Assembly: GCA_963665845.2 (NCBI GenBank)
Contig: OY762492.1
Location: 3,232,001 to 3,296,000, forward strand
Length of the DNA stretch: 64,000 nucleotides
From: Candidatus Poribacteria bacterium
Lineage (GTDB): Bacteria > Poribacteria > WGA-4E > GCA-2687025
Direction: 5' to 3'
Positions 29,229 through 38,825 of this stretch are shown here, piece after piece. Position numbers and translations under genes: made by a program. Within the stretch, counting starts at the first letter, position 1. Each line of letters begins with the position of its first letter. The notes beneath the pieces are model-generated. The model searched no databases. It had not been told where the DNA came from and saw only the letters and a list, made by a program, of their open reading frames with translations.

Positions 29229-29716
29229 CTGACCTTACGTCTATAGTTGGGACATGGCGGCGGGCGAACGCAGACGGTTTTGCGGCTCCTCTGGATTCCC
29301 GCTTACGCGGGAATGACAGGCGGCGCGGACGGTTTCAGGACTCCCCCCTTGAAAAGGGGGGCTGGGGGGGTTTTCCGCGGACGGTTTCTGCGGCGTCTCT
29401 GGATTCCCGCTTACGCGGGAATGACAGGCGGCGCGGACGGTTTCAGGACTCCCCCCTTGAAAAGGGGGGCTGGGGGGGTTTTCCGTGGACGGTTTTTGCG
29501 GCGTCTCTGGATTCCCGCTTGCGCGGGAATGACAGGCGGCGCGGACGGTTTCAGGACTCCCCCCTTGAAAAGGGGGGCTGGGGGGTTTTCCGTGGACGGT
29601 TTTTGCGGCGTCTCTGGATTCCCGCTTGCGCGGGAATGACGATTTGGTTAGCGACGCTTTTCACGTGAATAGAGCGATCATGCGTTCAAATGTCCCAACT
29701 TTGTGCATGAGGTCAG
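29229..29716 (+). mobile_element. MITE-like element with an internal 107-108-bp tandem amplification
   Basis: CTGACCTTACGTCTATAGTTGGGACAT ... ATGTCCCAACTTTGTGCATGAGGTCAG; REPs at 29294, 29402, 29510 and 29617. Confidence 0.8.
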
Positions 29717-29735
29717 GTATTTCTCCGACCTTATC

Positions 29736-30389
29736 TCACACAGAGCGGCCGGCGATGATCAAAAACAGCAGCAGGTAAAACAGCAAAAAGCCCCCCAGAG
29801 CCGCCCCGCACATCAATCCCGACCCGATCGGACGCGCGCCCGACGGCAAACGCCGCTTGATCCGAGCCGTCATATGAAAATAAAAGCCTGAAAACGCGAA
29901 GGTCGTACCCCAAGCGAACGGAACGAACAGCGGCGCTCCCAGCGCGGTCAAATCTGGAACCAGCGTTGCGTTCCATACCCATAAACCGCCCCATAAACTG
30001 CCATGAACGCCGAGCGCGTCGATCCATAAACCGAAGCAAAACCCCGCCAGTCCCGCGCTTGCGCCTGCTGTCAAGGCGGAACGGGAACGGCGGGCGTAGA
30101 GATAGACCTCCAGCGCGACCGCCATGAGAGCCGCCCGCGCCACCGACGGACCGACCGCCCATTCCAAACCAGCCAGCTCCACCTGCCGATAAAAAAGCAG
30201 CTTGGAACCGGCAAGTGTGAAGTCGATGGCGGCGGCTGACGCGCCGGCGGCGAGAGCCGTCCACAACGTTTCTTTCTTCTCAACCGCCCGCCAAAGAACC
30301 GCCCACGCGCCGATGCCGAGCGCGAGGCATGCCCATGCGTTTCCAGACGCCGCCGCCGCGAGAGCCAGCGCCGCCGCGAGCGGTCTCAC
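29736..30389 (-). CDS. Hypothetical integral membrane protein
   Basis: Multiple hydrophobic helices; start overlaps the stop of the upstream metallophosphoesterase. Confidence 0.65.
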   Translation of the reverse strand: MRPLAAALALAAAASGNAWACLALGIGAWAVLWRAVEKKETLWTALAAGASAAAIDFTLAGSKLLFYRQVELAGLEWAVGPSVARAALMAVALEVYLYARRSRSALTAGASAGLAGFCFGLWIDALGVHGSLWGGLWVWNATLVPDLTALGAPLFVPFAWGTTFAFSGFYFHMTARIKRRLPSGARPIGSGLMCGAALGGFLLFYLLLFLIIAGRSV

Positions 30390-31123
30390 CGCCCCTCCGC
30401 CAGACGCAGCGCGTTCATCTCCGGCAAGCCCGCTTGAACGATCTTGATCTGCGCTTGGCGGATGTCGTATCGGACGCGGCAGAGCGTGAGGCGGAGCGTG
30501 TTGGTGTCAAAAAGGGCGTAGGCGGCGCGCGGGTCGCGGTCGCGCGGTTGACCGATGGAGCCTGGGTTGATGAGATACCTTGCGCCCATCTGGAGCGCGG
30601 CTTCCGCGTTCGGTTCCGCCGGCCATTCAAAGACGCGCCCGTTCATTTCCGCAAAGATCCCGGCGCGGTGGCTATGCCCAAAAAAGAGCAGCTCCGTCTC
30701 CATATAATAAAACGTATAGGCGGCGTCTTGGGCGAAGATGATATACCCGTCCTCGTCTTCCCAGCTGCCGTGGCATGCCGCCATCTGGGGGTTTGGCTGA
30801 ATCGGCCCCTTCGGCAGGGCGCGCAGCCAGTCGAGCGTTTCAGGGGTGACCAGATCGCGCGTGCGGAGCGCCGCGTCGCGCGCGATGGGCGAAAAGCCGT
30901 CCGGCTCCTCAATGCCGGCGACCACCTTGTCATGGTTGCCGCGGACAGCGCACGCCAGCCCCGTTTTGGATAAGAGGCGCGAGGTCTCTTCGGGGTCGCC
31001 TCCGTATCCGACCGCGTCTCCGAGAAACCAGATTTCATCGATGGGCTGCGTTTCGAGACTCTCCATGACCGCTTCAAGCGCTTCGAGATTTCCGTGAATG
31101 TCGCTCAGAATGGCGAGGCGCAT
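30386..31123 (-). CDS. Metallophosphoesterase (YfcE-like)
   Basis: SDIHGN, GDAVGYG, RGNHD, HGS, FGHSH, NPGSIGQPRD. Confidence 0.92.
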   Translation of the reverse strand: MRLAILSDIHGNLEALEAVMESLETQPIDEIWFLGDAVGYGGDPEETSRLLSKTGLACAVRGNHDKVVAGIEEPDGFSPIARDAALRTRDLVTPETLDWLRALPKGPIQPNPQMAACHGSWEDEDGYIIFAQDAAYTFYYMETELLFFGHSHRAGIFAEMNGRVFEWPAEPNAEAALQMGARYLINPGSIGQPRDRDPRAAYALFDTNTLRLTLCRVRYDIRQAQIKIVQAGLPEMNALRLAEGR

Positions 31124-31248
31124 AGTGGGGCGTCCGCTGCCGCGTTTAAAGAAAGGTTGCCGCTTCGTTTATTATGCGCCGAATCGGGCGCTCAATCAAG
31201 AGCGAAGATTCTGACCTTGCGAAGCGGAAGGCGGCAACCCCGTAGGCG

Positions 31249-31424
31249 TTTGAACCAAGATGGAAAGATTTTATAGATTGCCAAGAACGACGCGCTATCA
31301 ACGCCGGCGCTTTCCCGATCCTGGCAATCTTTTCAATCCTGCAAATCCTAGTTCAGACAGACGCCTTGACCGCCCTTAAACTCCTCTCGATTCCCGCCCG
31401 TTTAACCTCAAAGGCGGGAATAAT
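31249..31424. repeat. Inverted-repeat element plus expanded-loop REP
   Basis: TTTGAACCAAGAT...ATCCTAGTTCAGACA; GATTCCCGC-loop-GCGGGAAT at ~31389. Confidence 0.7.
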
Positions 31425-31441
31425 GTCCTGGTTACAGCCGC

Positions 31442-32308
31442 TTATTCAGCCGGCGGGATGGGCAGGATTTCCCGCTCCGCCTCATGTACTTTATCGGGGT
31501 ATGTTTTTCCGCGCACCCACATGATAGGCTGCCCTTTGCCTCTTCCGCGCGGCGGGGCAGGGTTCGCCCATTCCGCCTGCGCGCTCAGGTAATGGCTGAC
31601 GTAGCTTCGGCGAAATCGCCGGCTATGGTTGTCGGTACTTTTATGCAGCAGATGGCTATGGAACCAGACGACCGCGCCCGGCTCCGCTTCCAGCGGTATG
31701 CCGTCCTCGTCGCGCGCGCCGCGCGCCAAGCGAAACTCCCGCTGCTGCGAGCCTTCCAGGTCGTCATGCTCATGGATGTCATGCCTGTGGCTGCCGGGGA
31801 TCACATAGAGGCATCCGTTGCCTTCATCGGCGGGGTCGATCGCCGTCCATGTGCCGACGGTCGTTTCGGTGTTGAACCGGTTTCGGAAGTAAAACTTGTC
31901 CTGATGCCACGGGAAGCCGAGGCCGATCTCCGGCGCTTTCCAGATGAACAGGTTGTTGATGCCGAGTATGTCGGGTCCGAGGATGTCGACCAGCGGATCG
32001 GTCAGGCGCGGGTCGCGGACGCGGTCTAGAAACTCCTGGCAGAAGCAGCTGGGGTGATGGATTTTGTGCATGGCGTAGACGCCTTCGGCGTCCGCTTTGC
32101 CGTCCCTGACAAGCGCGTTCTGGTCGATATGCGCGGTCGGAAAAGGGCGTTTGCCGTCCACGATGTCTTCGGCGGTTTGACGCAGGATGTCGTTCTCTTC
32201 TTTGCTGAAGACGCCCCGCCGTACCAGAAACCCGTTTTCGTTCCAGAACGCTTTTTCTTTCTCGCTCAATTGATGGCTGCGTTCTTGCGCGTTCGTTTTG
32301 CCGCTCAT
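31442..32308 (-). CDS. PhyH-family Fe/2OG dioxygenase (canonical HQD)
   Basis: WNENGF, PWHQD, NGCLYVIPGSH, FHSHLLHKS, RR. Confidence 0.92.
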   Translation of the reverse strand: MSGKTNAQERSHQLSEKEKAFWNENGFLVRRGVFSKEENDILRQTAEDIVDGKRPFPTAHIDQNALVRDGKADAEGVYAMHKIHHPSCFCQEFLDRVRDPRLTDPLVDILGPDILGINNLFIWKAPEIGLGFPWHQDKFYFRNRFNTETTVGTWTAIDPADEGNGCLYVIPGSHRHDIHEHDDLEGSQQREFRLARGARDEDGIPLEAEPGAVVWFHSHLLHKSTDNHSRRFRRSYVSHYLSAQAEWANPAPPRGRGKGQPIMWVRGKTYPDKVHEAEREILPIPPAE

Positions 32309-32432
32309 GCGTCTCTCCGTATCGTCTTATGTTAAACGTATCGCCCGACAGCTTCATCTTCAGCCTGCGCGTCAGTATAACCCGTTTCTTGTTGAAGCGC
32401 AACCTCCGCCCTTGACAGGGGATTCCGTAACT

Positions 32433-32648
32433 CTCCCCCCTTGAAAAGGGGGGCAGGGGGGGTTTGGGCAGGCTGGTTGCGATTGGTTTTGAACTAAGAT
32501 TTTCAAGATTGATAAGATTTTCAGGATGCGGCGGGCAGCGTATCGGTTTCAGTAATTCTCTTGGCAATCTTTTCAATCCTATCATCTTAGTTCAGACAGC
32601 AGGCGGTTTCTGCTTCGCCTCTGGATTCCCGCTTACGCGGGAATGACG
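32433..32648. repeat. Composite repeat: C-run palindrome, inverted-repeat element and REP
   Basis: CCCCCCTTGAAAAGGGGGG; TTTTGAACTAAGAT...ATCTTAGTTCAGACA; REP at 32624. Confidence 0.8.
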
Positions 32649-32776
32649 GGTTGGGGGCGCAGGCATGATGGGTTGGGGAGGGAATGGCACGGCGGGCGGC
32701 GTTTGCGCCTCAACAGAAAAAGCGGTATGCTCTTTGAACTGGCTGCGAATGAGCAGGTCGAATATTGGAGGAAAAC

Positions 32777-33787
32777 GTGGCAGATTTCAAAGCGGCGATC
32801 ATCGGATGCGGCGGACGCGGACGGGCGCATGCGGGCGGATACCGCGCCTCAGAAGATGTCAAAATTGCGGCGTGCGCAGACCCGTCCGAGGCGAACGCGC
32901 AGCGCATGTCGAACGACTGCGGCGGCATCAACGTCTACGCCGACCACCGCGAAATGCTTGAAAAAGAGAAGCCCGACATCGTGAGCGTCACGGTCTGGAC
33001 GGAGCTGCACCTAGAGCTGATACGCGACGCGGCGCAAAGCGGCGTCAAGGCGATTCACGCCGAAAAACCGATGGCGCCCACCTGGGGCGAAGCGCGCGAG
33101 ATCTACGACGTCGTAACCGAAAACGGCGTTCTGACCACCTTTTGCCATCAACGGCGGTTCGGCGCCAACTTCGTCAAGGCGCGCGACCTGGTCAACGAAG
33201 GCGTCATCGGCGACATCCTGCGCTTCGAAGGCTTCTGCTCCAACATGATCGACTGGGGAACGCACTGGTTCGACATGTTTTTCTGGTACAACAACGATGA
33301 GCCTGCCGAAGCGGTTCTCGGACAGATACATCTGGACGGCGCGCCGCGCAAGGCGTTCGGCTTGCCGATTGAGAATCAGGGAATCAGCCATGTCTGGTTC
33401 AAGAACGGGCGGAGGGGGCTGCTGTGTACGGGCGTCGGCGGAGGCGGCGCGGGCAACCGCATCCTCGGCACAGACGGCGTCATTGAGATCGGCGGTCCCG
33501 CGCCGATACGAGTCCTCCGCGGAGACGGCGGCAACGGATGGGAGCGCCCCGACCTGTCCGACATTCACCCAAGAGGCAACGAAACAACGCTGTCGGTTTT
33601 GGACCTGATTGGCTGCTTAAAAGACGGCGGCGAGCCGCGCTTGGATGTGCGCAAGGCGCTCGCGGCGACGGAGCTGATTTTTGCGACCTACGAGTCGAGC
33701 CGCTCGCGCAAGCGCATTGATCTGCCGCTTGAGACGACCGACAGCGCGTTTCTTTCCATGGTGGAAAGCGGGGAGATGGGCGGCTAA
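32777..33787 (+). CDS. Gfo/Idh/MocA family oxidoreductase
   Basis: IIGCGGRG, AEKPMA, HQRRF, DWGTHWFD; GTG start after GGAGG. Confidence 0.9.
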   Translation: MADFKAAIIGCGGRGRAHAGGYRASEDVKIAACADPSEANAQRMSNDCGGINVYADHREMLEKEKPDIVSVTVWTELHLELIRDAAQSGVKAIHAEKPMAPTWGEAREIYDVVTENGVLTTFCHQRRFGANFVKARDLVNEGVIGDILRFEGFCSNMIDWGTHWFDMFFWYNNDEPAEAVLGQIHLDGAPRKAFGLPIENQGISHVWFKNGRRGLLCTGVGGGGAGNRILGTDGVIEIGGPAPIRVLRGDGGNGWERPDLSDIHPRGNETTLSVLDLIGCLKDGGEPRLDVRKALAATELIFATYESSRSRKRIDLPLETTDSAFLSMVESGEMGG

Positions 33788-33811
33788 ACAAAACAACGAA
33801 GGAGACGGACG

Positions 33812-35974
33812 ATGCGGGGGACAATGCGGCGGATGAGTCGATTTGCGGTTGCGGCGGCGGTGTGCGGAACGGCATGGCTGGCTTGGGGTCAGGGACCGGG
33901 AGGCGGACCGCCGAATGAGGGTCCGCAGATCGATCTTGTTGAGCAGTTTGACGCGGACGGCGACGGCAAGCTGAACGACGCCGAACGGGCTGAAGCGCGC
34001 GTATTCGCGCAGCAAAACCCGCAGCGCCGAGGTCCTGGCAGACGCGGAGGCGGACAAGCAACTCCCGCCGCGCCGGTAGTCTTAGAGCCGAAGACCACCC
34101 TCGAACAAGACCTGGAAGCGAGCCGTCAAAACGCGGTCGACGAAAGCGCCGGGCTTTATGACGATACCGTCCTTCGCACGTTATATATGCGCTTTCCGAA
34201 CAACGACTGGCATCAGGAGCTTGCCGACTTTTACAACACGGGCGTGGAGGTTCCCGCAACGCTCATTGTGGACGGACGGCAATATGACAGTGTCGGCGTT
34301 CGTTTTCGCGGGAATTCATCCTACTTCACGCTGGGCGGGTCGCTCAAAAAATCGTTCAACCTGTCCATGAACCATGACGACCCTGACCAGCGGCTTTACG
34401 GGTATCGGACGCTGAACCTGCTGAACTCGCATGCGGATCCGTCCTTTTTGCGCGAGGCGCTGTTTAGCCGCGTCAGCCGAGAGTATGTCCCGGCGATGAA
34501 GGTGAACTTTATGCGCCTTGTGGTGAACGGCGAGAACTGGGGCGTCTATGTGAATTCGCAGCAGTTCAACAGCGATTTCATTGAAGAAGCGTACGGACAA
34601 CGGGGCGGCGACCGATGGAAAGTTCCCGCCAACCCAAGAGGCGGCGACAGCGGCATCGCATGGCTGGAGGGCGGCGCGGAGGCGTATCGCCGGCGGTACG
34701 ATATACGGTCGGGCGACGAGGAGCAGGCATGGGAAAGCCTGATGGAGCTGTCGCGCGTCCTGAACGAGGCGCCGGCGGAGGAGCTGGCGGCGCAATTGGA
34801 GCCGATTTTGGATCTGGACGAGACGCTGCGTTTTCTGGCGCTGGACAATGCGTTCATTGATCAGGACGGGTATATGAGCCGCGCGAGCGACTACAACCTG
34901 TACCGCGGAACGGACGGGCGCTTTCATCTCATCTCGCATGACAACAACGAGACGTTCCGCTTCGGCGGAGGAGGCGGCGGTCCGAGCGACACAGGCTCCG
35001 ATCCGCAGGTTTCTCCGCTCATACATCTGGACAATCCGCAGCGCCCGTTGATTCATCGGTTGCTGTCGAACGCGGATTTGCAGGCGCGTTATCTGGGCTA
35101 TGTGCGCCATATCGCGCAGGAGTGGCTTGACTGGGAGCGTCTTGGTCCGGTCGCGGAGGCGTACCGCGCGTTGATCGACGCCGAACTGGAGCGGGACGAC
35201 AAGAAGCTGACCTCGTATGACGATTTCAAACGCAGCGTGGAGGAAGACATTGCCCGCGGAGGCGGAGGCGGCGGTCCGCCGGGCGGTTTCGCGGCGCCTC
35301 CTCCGCTTGACTTCAATCCGTTTGGACCGCCTCCTGAAAGCCCCGATCCGCCGGCGGTTCAAGCCGCCCCAGCCGGCCCCGGCGGACAGGCCAGACGAGG
35401 CGGCGGACGAACAACTCCAGGGCTGAAACGGTTTGCGGCGGAGCGGCGCGCCTATCTGCTGGCGCAGACGGAAGGCGTCCCCGCCCTTGAGCCGCCGCCG
35501 ATGCGCAAGCGCGCCGCCGATTCGATCCCGAACGTCGATTTTCCCGTTGTCATCAACGAGCTGATGGCGCTGAACCGCGCCGCGGTGGAAGGTCCGGACG
35601 GCGCTTTCCCCGATTGGATTGAGCTGTACAACCGCTCCGACAAGGCGGTCGATTTGAGCGGCATGGCGCTTTCGGACGACCCTGACGAACGGGACAAGTG
35701 GCGCTTTCCTGACGGGACGGTCATTGAGGCGGGCGGTTATCTGATTGTCTGGGCGGACGGCGGAGCGGAAAATGCGGAAGGGCTGCATGCGTCGTTTCGG
35801 TTGAACCGAGATGGGGAGACGCTGCTGTTGACAGGCTTGGCGGACGACGGCTCCCCTGCGCTGGATGCGGTTCAGTTTGAGGAGCAGGAGGCGGATGCGT
35901 CGTTCGGGCGGACGGCGGACGGGGCGTTTGCGCGCCAAAGCCCATCGCCGGGGAGGGCGAACGAGGTACAGTAG
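33812..35974 (+). CDS. Secreted CotH-family kinase with an EF-hand-like loop and a C-terminal lamin-tail domain
   Basis: DADGDGKLNDAE; VGVRFRGNSS, KKSFNL, LREAL, DYNLY, HDNNETF; VVINELMA..DWIELYN..VDLSG..LSD. Confidence 0.88.
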   Translation: MRGTMRRMSRFAVAAAVCGTAWLAWGQGPGGGPPNEGPQIDLVEQFDADGDGKLNDAERAEARVFAQQNPQRRGPGRRGGGQATPAAPVVLEPKTTLEQDLEASRQNAVDESAGLYDDTVLRTLYMRFPNNDWHQELADFYNTGVEVPATLIVDGRQYDSVGVRFRGNSSYFTLGGSLKKSFNLSMNHDDPDQRLYGYRTLNLLNSHADPSFLREALFSRVSREYVPAMKVNFMRLVVNGENWGVYVNSQQFNSDFIEEAYGQRGGDRWKVPANPRGGDSGIAWLEGGAEAYRRRYDIRSGDEEQAWESLMELSRVLNEAPAEELAAQLEPILDLDETLRFLALDNAFIDQDGYMSRASDYNLYRGTDGRFHLISHDNNETFRFGGGGGGPSDTGSDPQVSPLIHLDNPQRPLIHRLLSNADLQARYLGYVRHIAQEWLDWERLGPVAEAYRALIDAELERDDKKLTSYDDFKRSVEEDIARGGGGGGPPGGFAAPPPLDFNPFGPPPESPDPPAVQAAPAGPGGQARRGGGRTTPGLKRFAAERRAYLLAQTEGVPALEPPPMRKRAADSIPNVDFPVVINELMALNRAAVEGPDGAFPDWIELYNRSDKAVDLSGMALSDDPDERDKWRFPDGTVIEAGGYLIVWADGGAENAEGLHASFRLNRDGETLLLTGLADDGSPALDAVQFEEQEADASFGRTADGAFARQSPSPGRANEVQ

Positions 35975-35976
35975 CT

Positions 35977-37359
35977 GTGTCGAAAAAGAGGGCTTTTCTT
36001 GCTGTTGGAATCGCGCTTGCGGCGGCGTTGGTTTATTTCGGCTATCGGCTGACGAGACAGACCGAAATGCCGTATGCGGATATTCTGGAGACGGCAAATC
36101 AAAAGTGGGGTTTGCATTTTTTGGACGACTGGAGCGTCTGGGAAAAGCGGGTTGATCGGCATATCAAGGAGTTTTTTAAAACAGAGAGGCGACGAAAAAA
36201 GCCGCACGAAGTTGAGTATTTCAAATGGCGCTACCATCGGCTTTGGGCTATGGACGAAGACCTGGACGATCTTCCGCTTCCAGCCAGCCTTGAGCCGGAG
36301 GGCGGAATAAGTGAAAACTCTGGAGGGACGATAGCGACCGGCGGCGGGAAAGGGAGAAGCGTCGAATCCGCCATGATTGTGGACCTGCGGGAAGGGAAGG
36401 TACTTGACGGCGGCTTGGTTGACGGCAGCAGAAGCTTTGGCGGCGGGTTCAGCTTTGTTAGCAGCGGCAGCCTTGATTTAACGGATGAGGAGCATTACCG
36501 CGCGATGTATCGGGGCCTCCCTCCCGTTCAGAAAATGAGCATGCTCGTGCCGCTTTATCGGACGGTTTATGTTGAAAGCGTTGATCCGCTGAACCGTTCC
36601 ATCGGCGAATTGCCGCCCGAGCTGGACCCTGCGGAACCGTTTAAGCAGATGGACGACGCCGATCTGCAGCTGGCGGTTCGGCAGCTGGCGCAGATCGTGA
36701 ACCGTCCGGCGCCTCATCAAGAAAAAACGCTGCGCGCCGCGTCTCAAGACCCTGTCGATAGGATGTATGTCGCCGACCTGTTCAACGGCATTATGCGGGC
36801 ATGGCGGGAGCGCCGATCCGCATGGGCGGACGTCTCGATGACGCCGCTGCTTCCCGCTTTATCCGGCGTTAAGCAGGCGAACGCTGTCAAAGCCGCCGCC
36901 GAAGAGCCGACGCCCCCGCCCGAAGGGACGCCGTATCTTTACGCGGACGCCTATGCCAGCCCCGTTCGAGCCGTCGGCAAGATTCATGGCAAGCTAAACG
37001 GATCGGCAAGGGGCGGGAGCGAAACGTATAAGGGCAGGGGAATCGCAGACTCGTCCATCGCGTTCACCGACAACCTAGCGGCGCCTCCGATTGTCGAGAC
37101 CTACTCTTATCTAGGGAAGAAGTCATATCCCAATCGAGACGGCGATGAGGGGTATGGAGAGGCGCGCATTCGATTATTTGACGGGTGGTCAAGGCAGGTC
37201 AAGAATCTCAACGCGCGGACATACTGCCCATGGGACCGGTTCTGGCTTTGGCTGAACGATCCCGCCCGTTATTCGATTTCAAGCCGCGCCAGCGCCGAGA
37301 TTCAAGACGCTGGAGATTTCGCGGCGCCTGCAGTCCAACGCGAAGCGCGTTATCCCTGA
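35977..37359 (+). CDS. Hypothetical membrane-anchored protein, paralog A
   Basis: 460-aa ORF with an N-terminal TM; full-length similarity to the next ORF. Confidence 0.85.
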   Translation: MSKKRAFLAVGIALAAALVYFGYRLTRQTEMPYADILETANQKWGLHFLDDWSVWEKRVDRHIKEFFKTERRRKKPHEVEYFKWRYHRLWAMDEDLDDLPLPASLEPEGGISENSGGTIATGGGKGRSVESAMIVDLREGKVLDGGLVDGSRSFGGGFSFVSSGSLDLTDEEHYRAMYRGLPPVQKMSMLVPLYRTVYVESVDPLNRSIGELPPELDPAEPFKQMDDADLQLAVRQLAQIVNRPAPHQEKTLRAASQDPVDRMYVADLFNGIMRAWRERRSAWADVSMTPLLPALSGVKQANAVKAAAEEPTPPPEGTPYLYADAYASPVRAVGKIHGKLNGSARGGSETYKGRGIADSSIAFTDNLAAPPIVETYSYLGKKSYPNRDGDEGYGEARIRLFDGWSRQVKNLNARTYCPWDRFWLWLNDPARYSISSRASAEIQDAGDFAAPAVQREARYP

Positions 37360-37430
37360 AATGCGGTAAAATGAATGCGGTAAAATGAAATGCGGCGTCA
37401 TGCGCTCAAGCGGAAAGGTTTTGCGCGTTT

Positions 37431-38825
37431 ATGTTGAAAAAGAGGGCTTTTATTGCCGTTGGAATCGCCGTTGCGGCGGCGTTTATTTATGTCGGCTCTC
37501 GGCTGACGAGGCAGACCCAAATGCCGTATGCGGATCTTCTGGAGACGGCGCAACAGAAATGGGGCTTGCATTTTCCGGAGGATTGGAGCGTCTGGGAAGA
37601 GCGCGTGGATCTGTATCTTACCGATTACTTTGGACCTCTAAAAAAAGATCCTAAGATAGTTGAGTATTTTAAGACAGAGTATCAACGGCTTTGGGGTTTG
37701 GGCGAGAATCTTGACGAGGCTCCGCTTCCCATTGTCCTTATGCCGGCCAGCGGGGTGTCATACCATATCGCTTCCGGGACAGCGACTATCGGCGGCGCAG
37801 AGGTGAAATACGAGCCGACCGTGTACGTGGATCTGTTTCGCCGAGGGTTGGTCTATGAGGGCGGCGGATGGAATTTTGACCATACGCTGCGGGGCGCCAG
37901 TACCGATTTTGGCAGCGAGAGCAAGGCATTCCCGCTCATGGATGAAGAGCATTATCGACTGAAATACCGCGGGATTCCTCCGGAACTTTTGCGCATAGAG
38001 AGGCGGATCCCCATCCCCAAAACGGTTTATATTGGAACACACGGGAAACCTCTGACGCTTGCCTTTGGCGAGCTGCCCGCGGAGATAGACCCGTCGACTC
38101 CTTTTAAAAGGATGAGCGGCGCCGAGCTGCAGTTGGCGGTTCGGCAGCTGGCGCAGATCGTGAACCGCCCGACAGCGCATCAACAAAAAACGTTGGACGC
38201 CGCCTCAAAGGATTCGGTCGACCGTATGTATATTGCGGATCTGTTTGCCGGCATTATGGAGGCATGGAGGGAGCGTCCGTCCGCATGGGAGGGCGTGTCG
38301 ATGGAGCCTCTCCAAGCGGCTGCGTCCGGCGTCGAGCCGGCGAAGGCGGCAAACGACGCGCCGGAGGAAAAGCTGCCGCCCGCCGGAACGCCGTATCTTT
38401 ACCCGGACGCCTACGCCAGCCCCGTCCGGGCGATGGGAACGATTTACGGCAATCTGAACGGAAAGGCGAAGGTCGGGAACGCGCAAGAAGTGTATGTAGG
38501 AACCGGGCGGGCGGCATCGTCCATCGTCTTCACCGACAACGGAACCGATCCGCCGGTTGTCGAGACCTACCCGTATGACGGAAAAAGCGGCAACAGATCG
38601 CATGACAGCGATCCAAGTTATGGAGACGTTCTCATTCTGACGCAAGGCGGCAGTCCGGTCCGTGTTGAGTATCTGAACGCGCGGACATACTGCCCATGGG
38701 ACAAGTTCTGGCTTTGGCTGAACAATCCCGCCCGCTATTCGATTTCAAGTCAAGCCAGCGCCAAGATTCAAGATACCGGCGCCTTCGCAGCGCCTGTAGT
38801 CCAACGCGAAGCGCGTTATCCTTGA
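37431..38825 (+). CDS. Hypothetical membrane-anchored protein, paralog B
   Basis: 464-aa ORF sharing LQLAVRQLAQIVNRP, NARTYCPWD.FWLWLN.PARYSISS and VQREARYP with paralog A. Confidence 0.85.
   Translation: MLKKRAFIAVGIAVAAAFIYVGSRLTRQTQMPYADLLETAQQKWGLHFPEDWSVWEERVDLYLTDYFGPLKKDPKIVEYFKTEYQRLWGLGENLDEAPLPIVLMPASGVSYHIASGTATIGGAEVKYEPTVYVDLFRRGLVYEGGGWNFDHTLRGASTDFGSESKAFPLMDEEHYRLKYRGIPPELLRIERRIPIPKTVYIGTHGKPLTLAFGELPAEIDPSTPFKRMSGAELQLAVRQLAQIVNRPTAHQQKTLDAASKDSVDRMYIADLFAGIMEAWRERPSAWEGVSMEPLQAAASGVEPAKAANDAPEEKLPPAGTPYLYPDAYASPVRAMGTIYGNLNGKAKVGNAQEVYVGTGRAASSIVFTDNGTDPPVVETYPYDGKSGNRSHDSDPSYGDVLILTQGGSPVRVEYLNARTYCPWDKFWLWLNNPARYSISSQASAKIQDTGAFAAPVVQREARYP

Noticed and set aside
29247-29639. 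130-aa repetitive ORF (WIPAYAGMT units) and other ORFs ending SSFPRKRES
   Set aside because: Translations of the REP sequence; no independent coding evidence
29275-29641. Possible CRISPR array (regularly spaced palindromic repeats)
   Set aside because: Intervening sequences are near-identical rather than unique spacers, the period is 108 bp, and no cas genes are present
34316-36097. 593-aa minus-strand ORF
   Set aside because: Antisense shadow of the CotH gene, expected at high GC; no recognisable motifs
35977-38825. Diversity-generating retroelement template/variable repeat pair
   Set aside because: No reverse transcriptase in the window; both copies are full ORFs and differences include indels rather than adenine-specific changes
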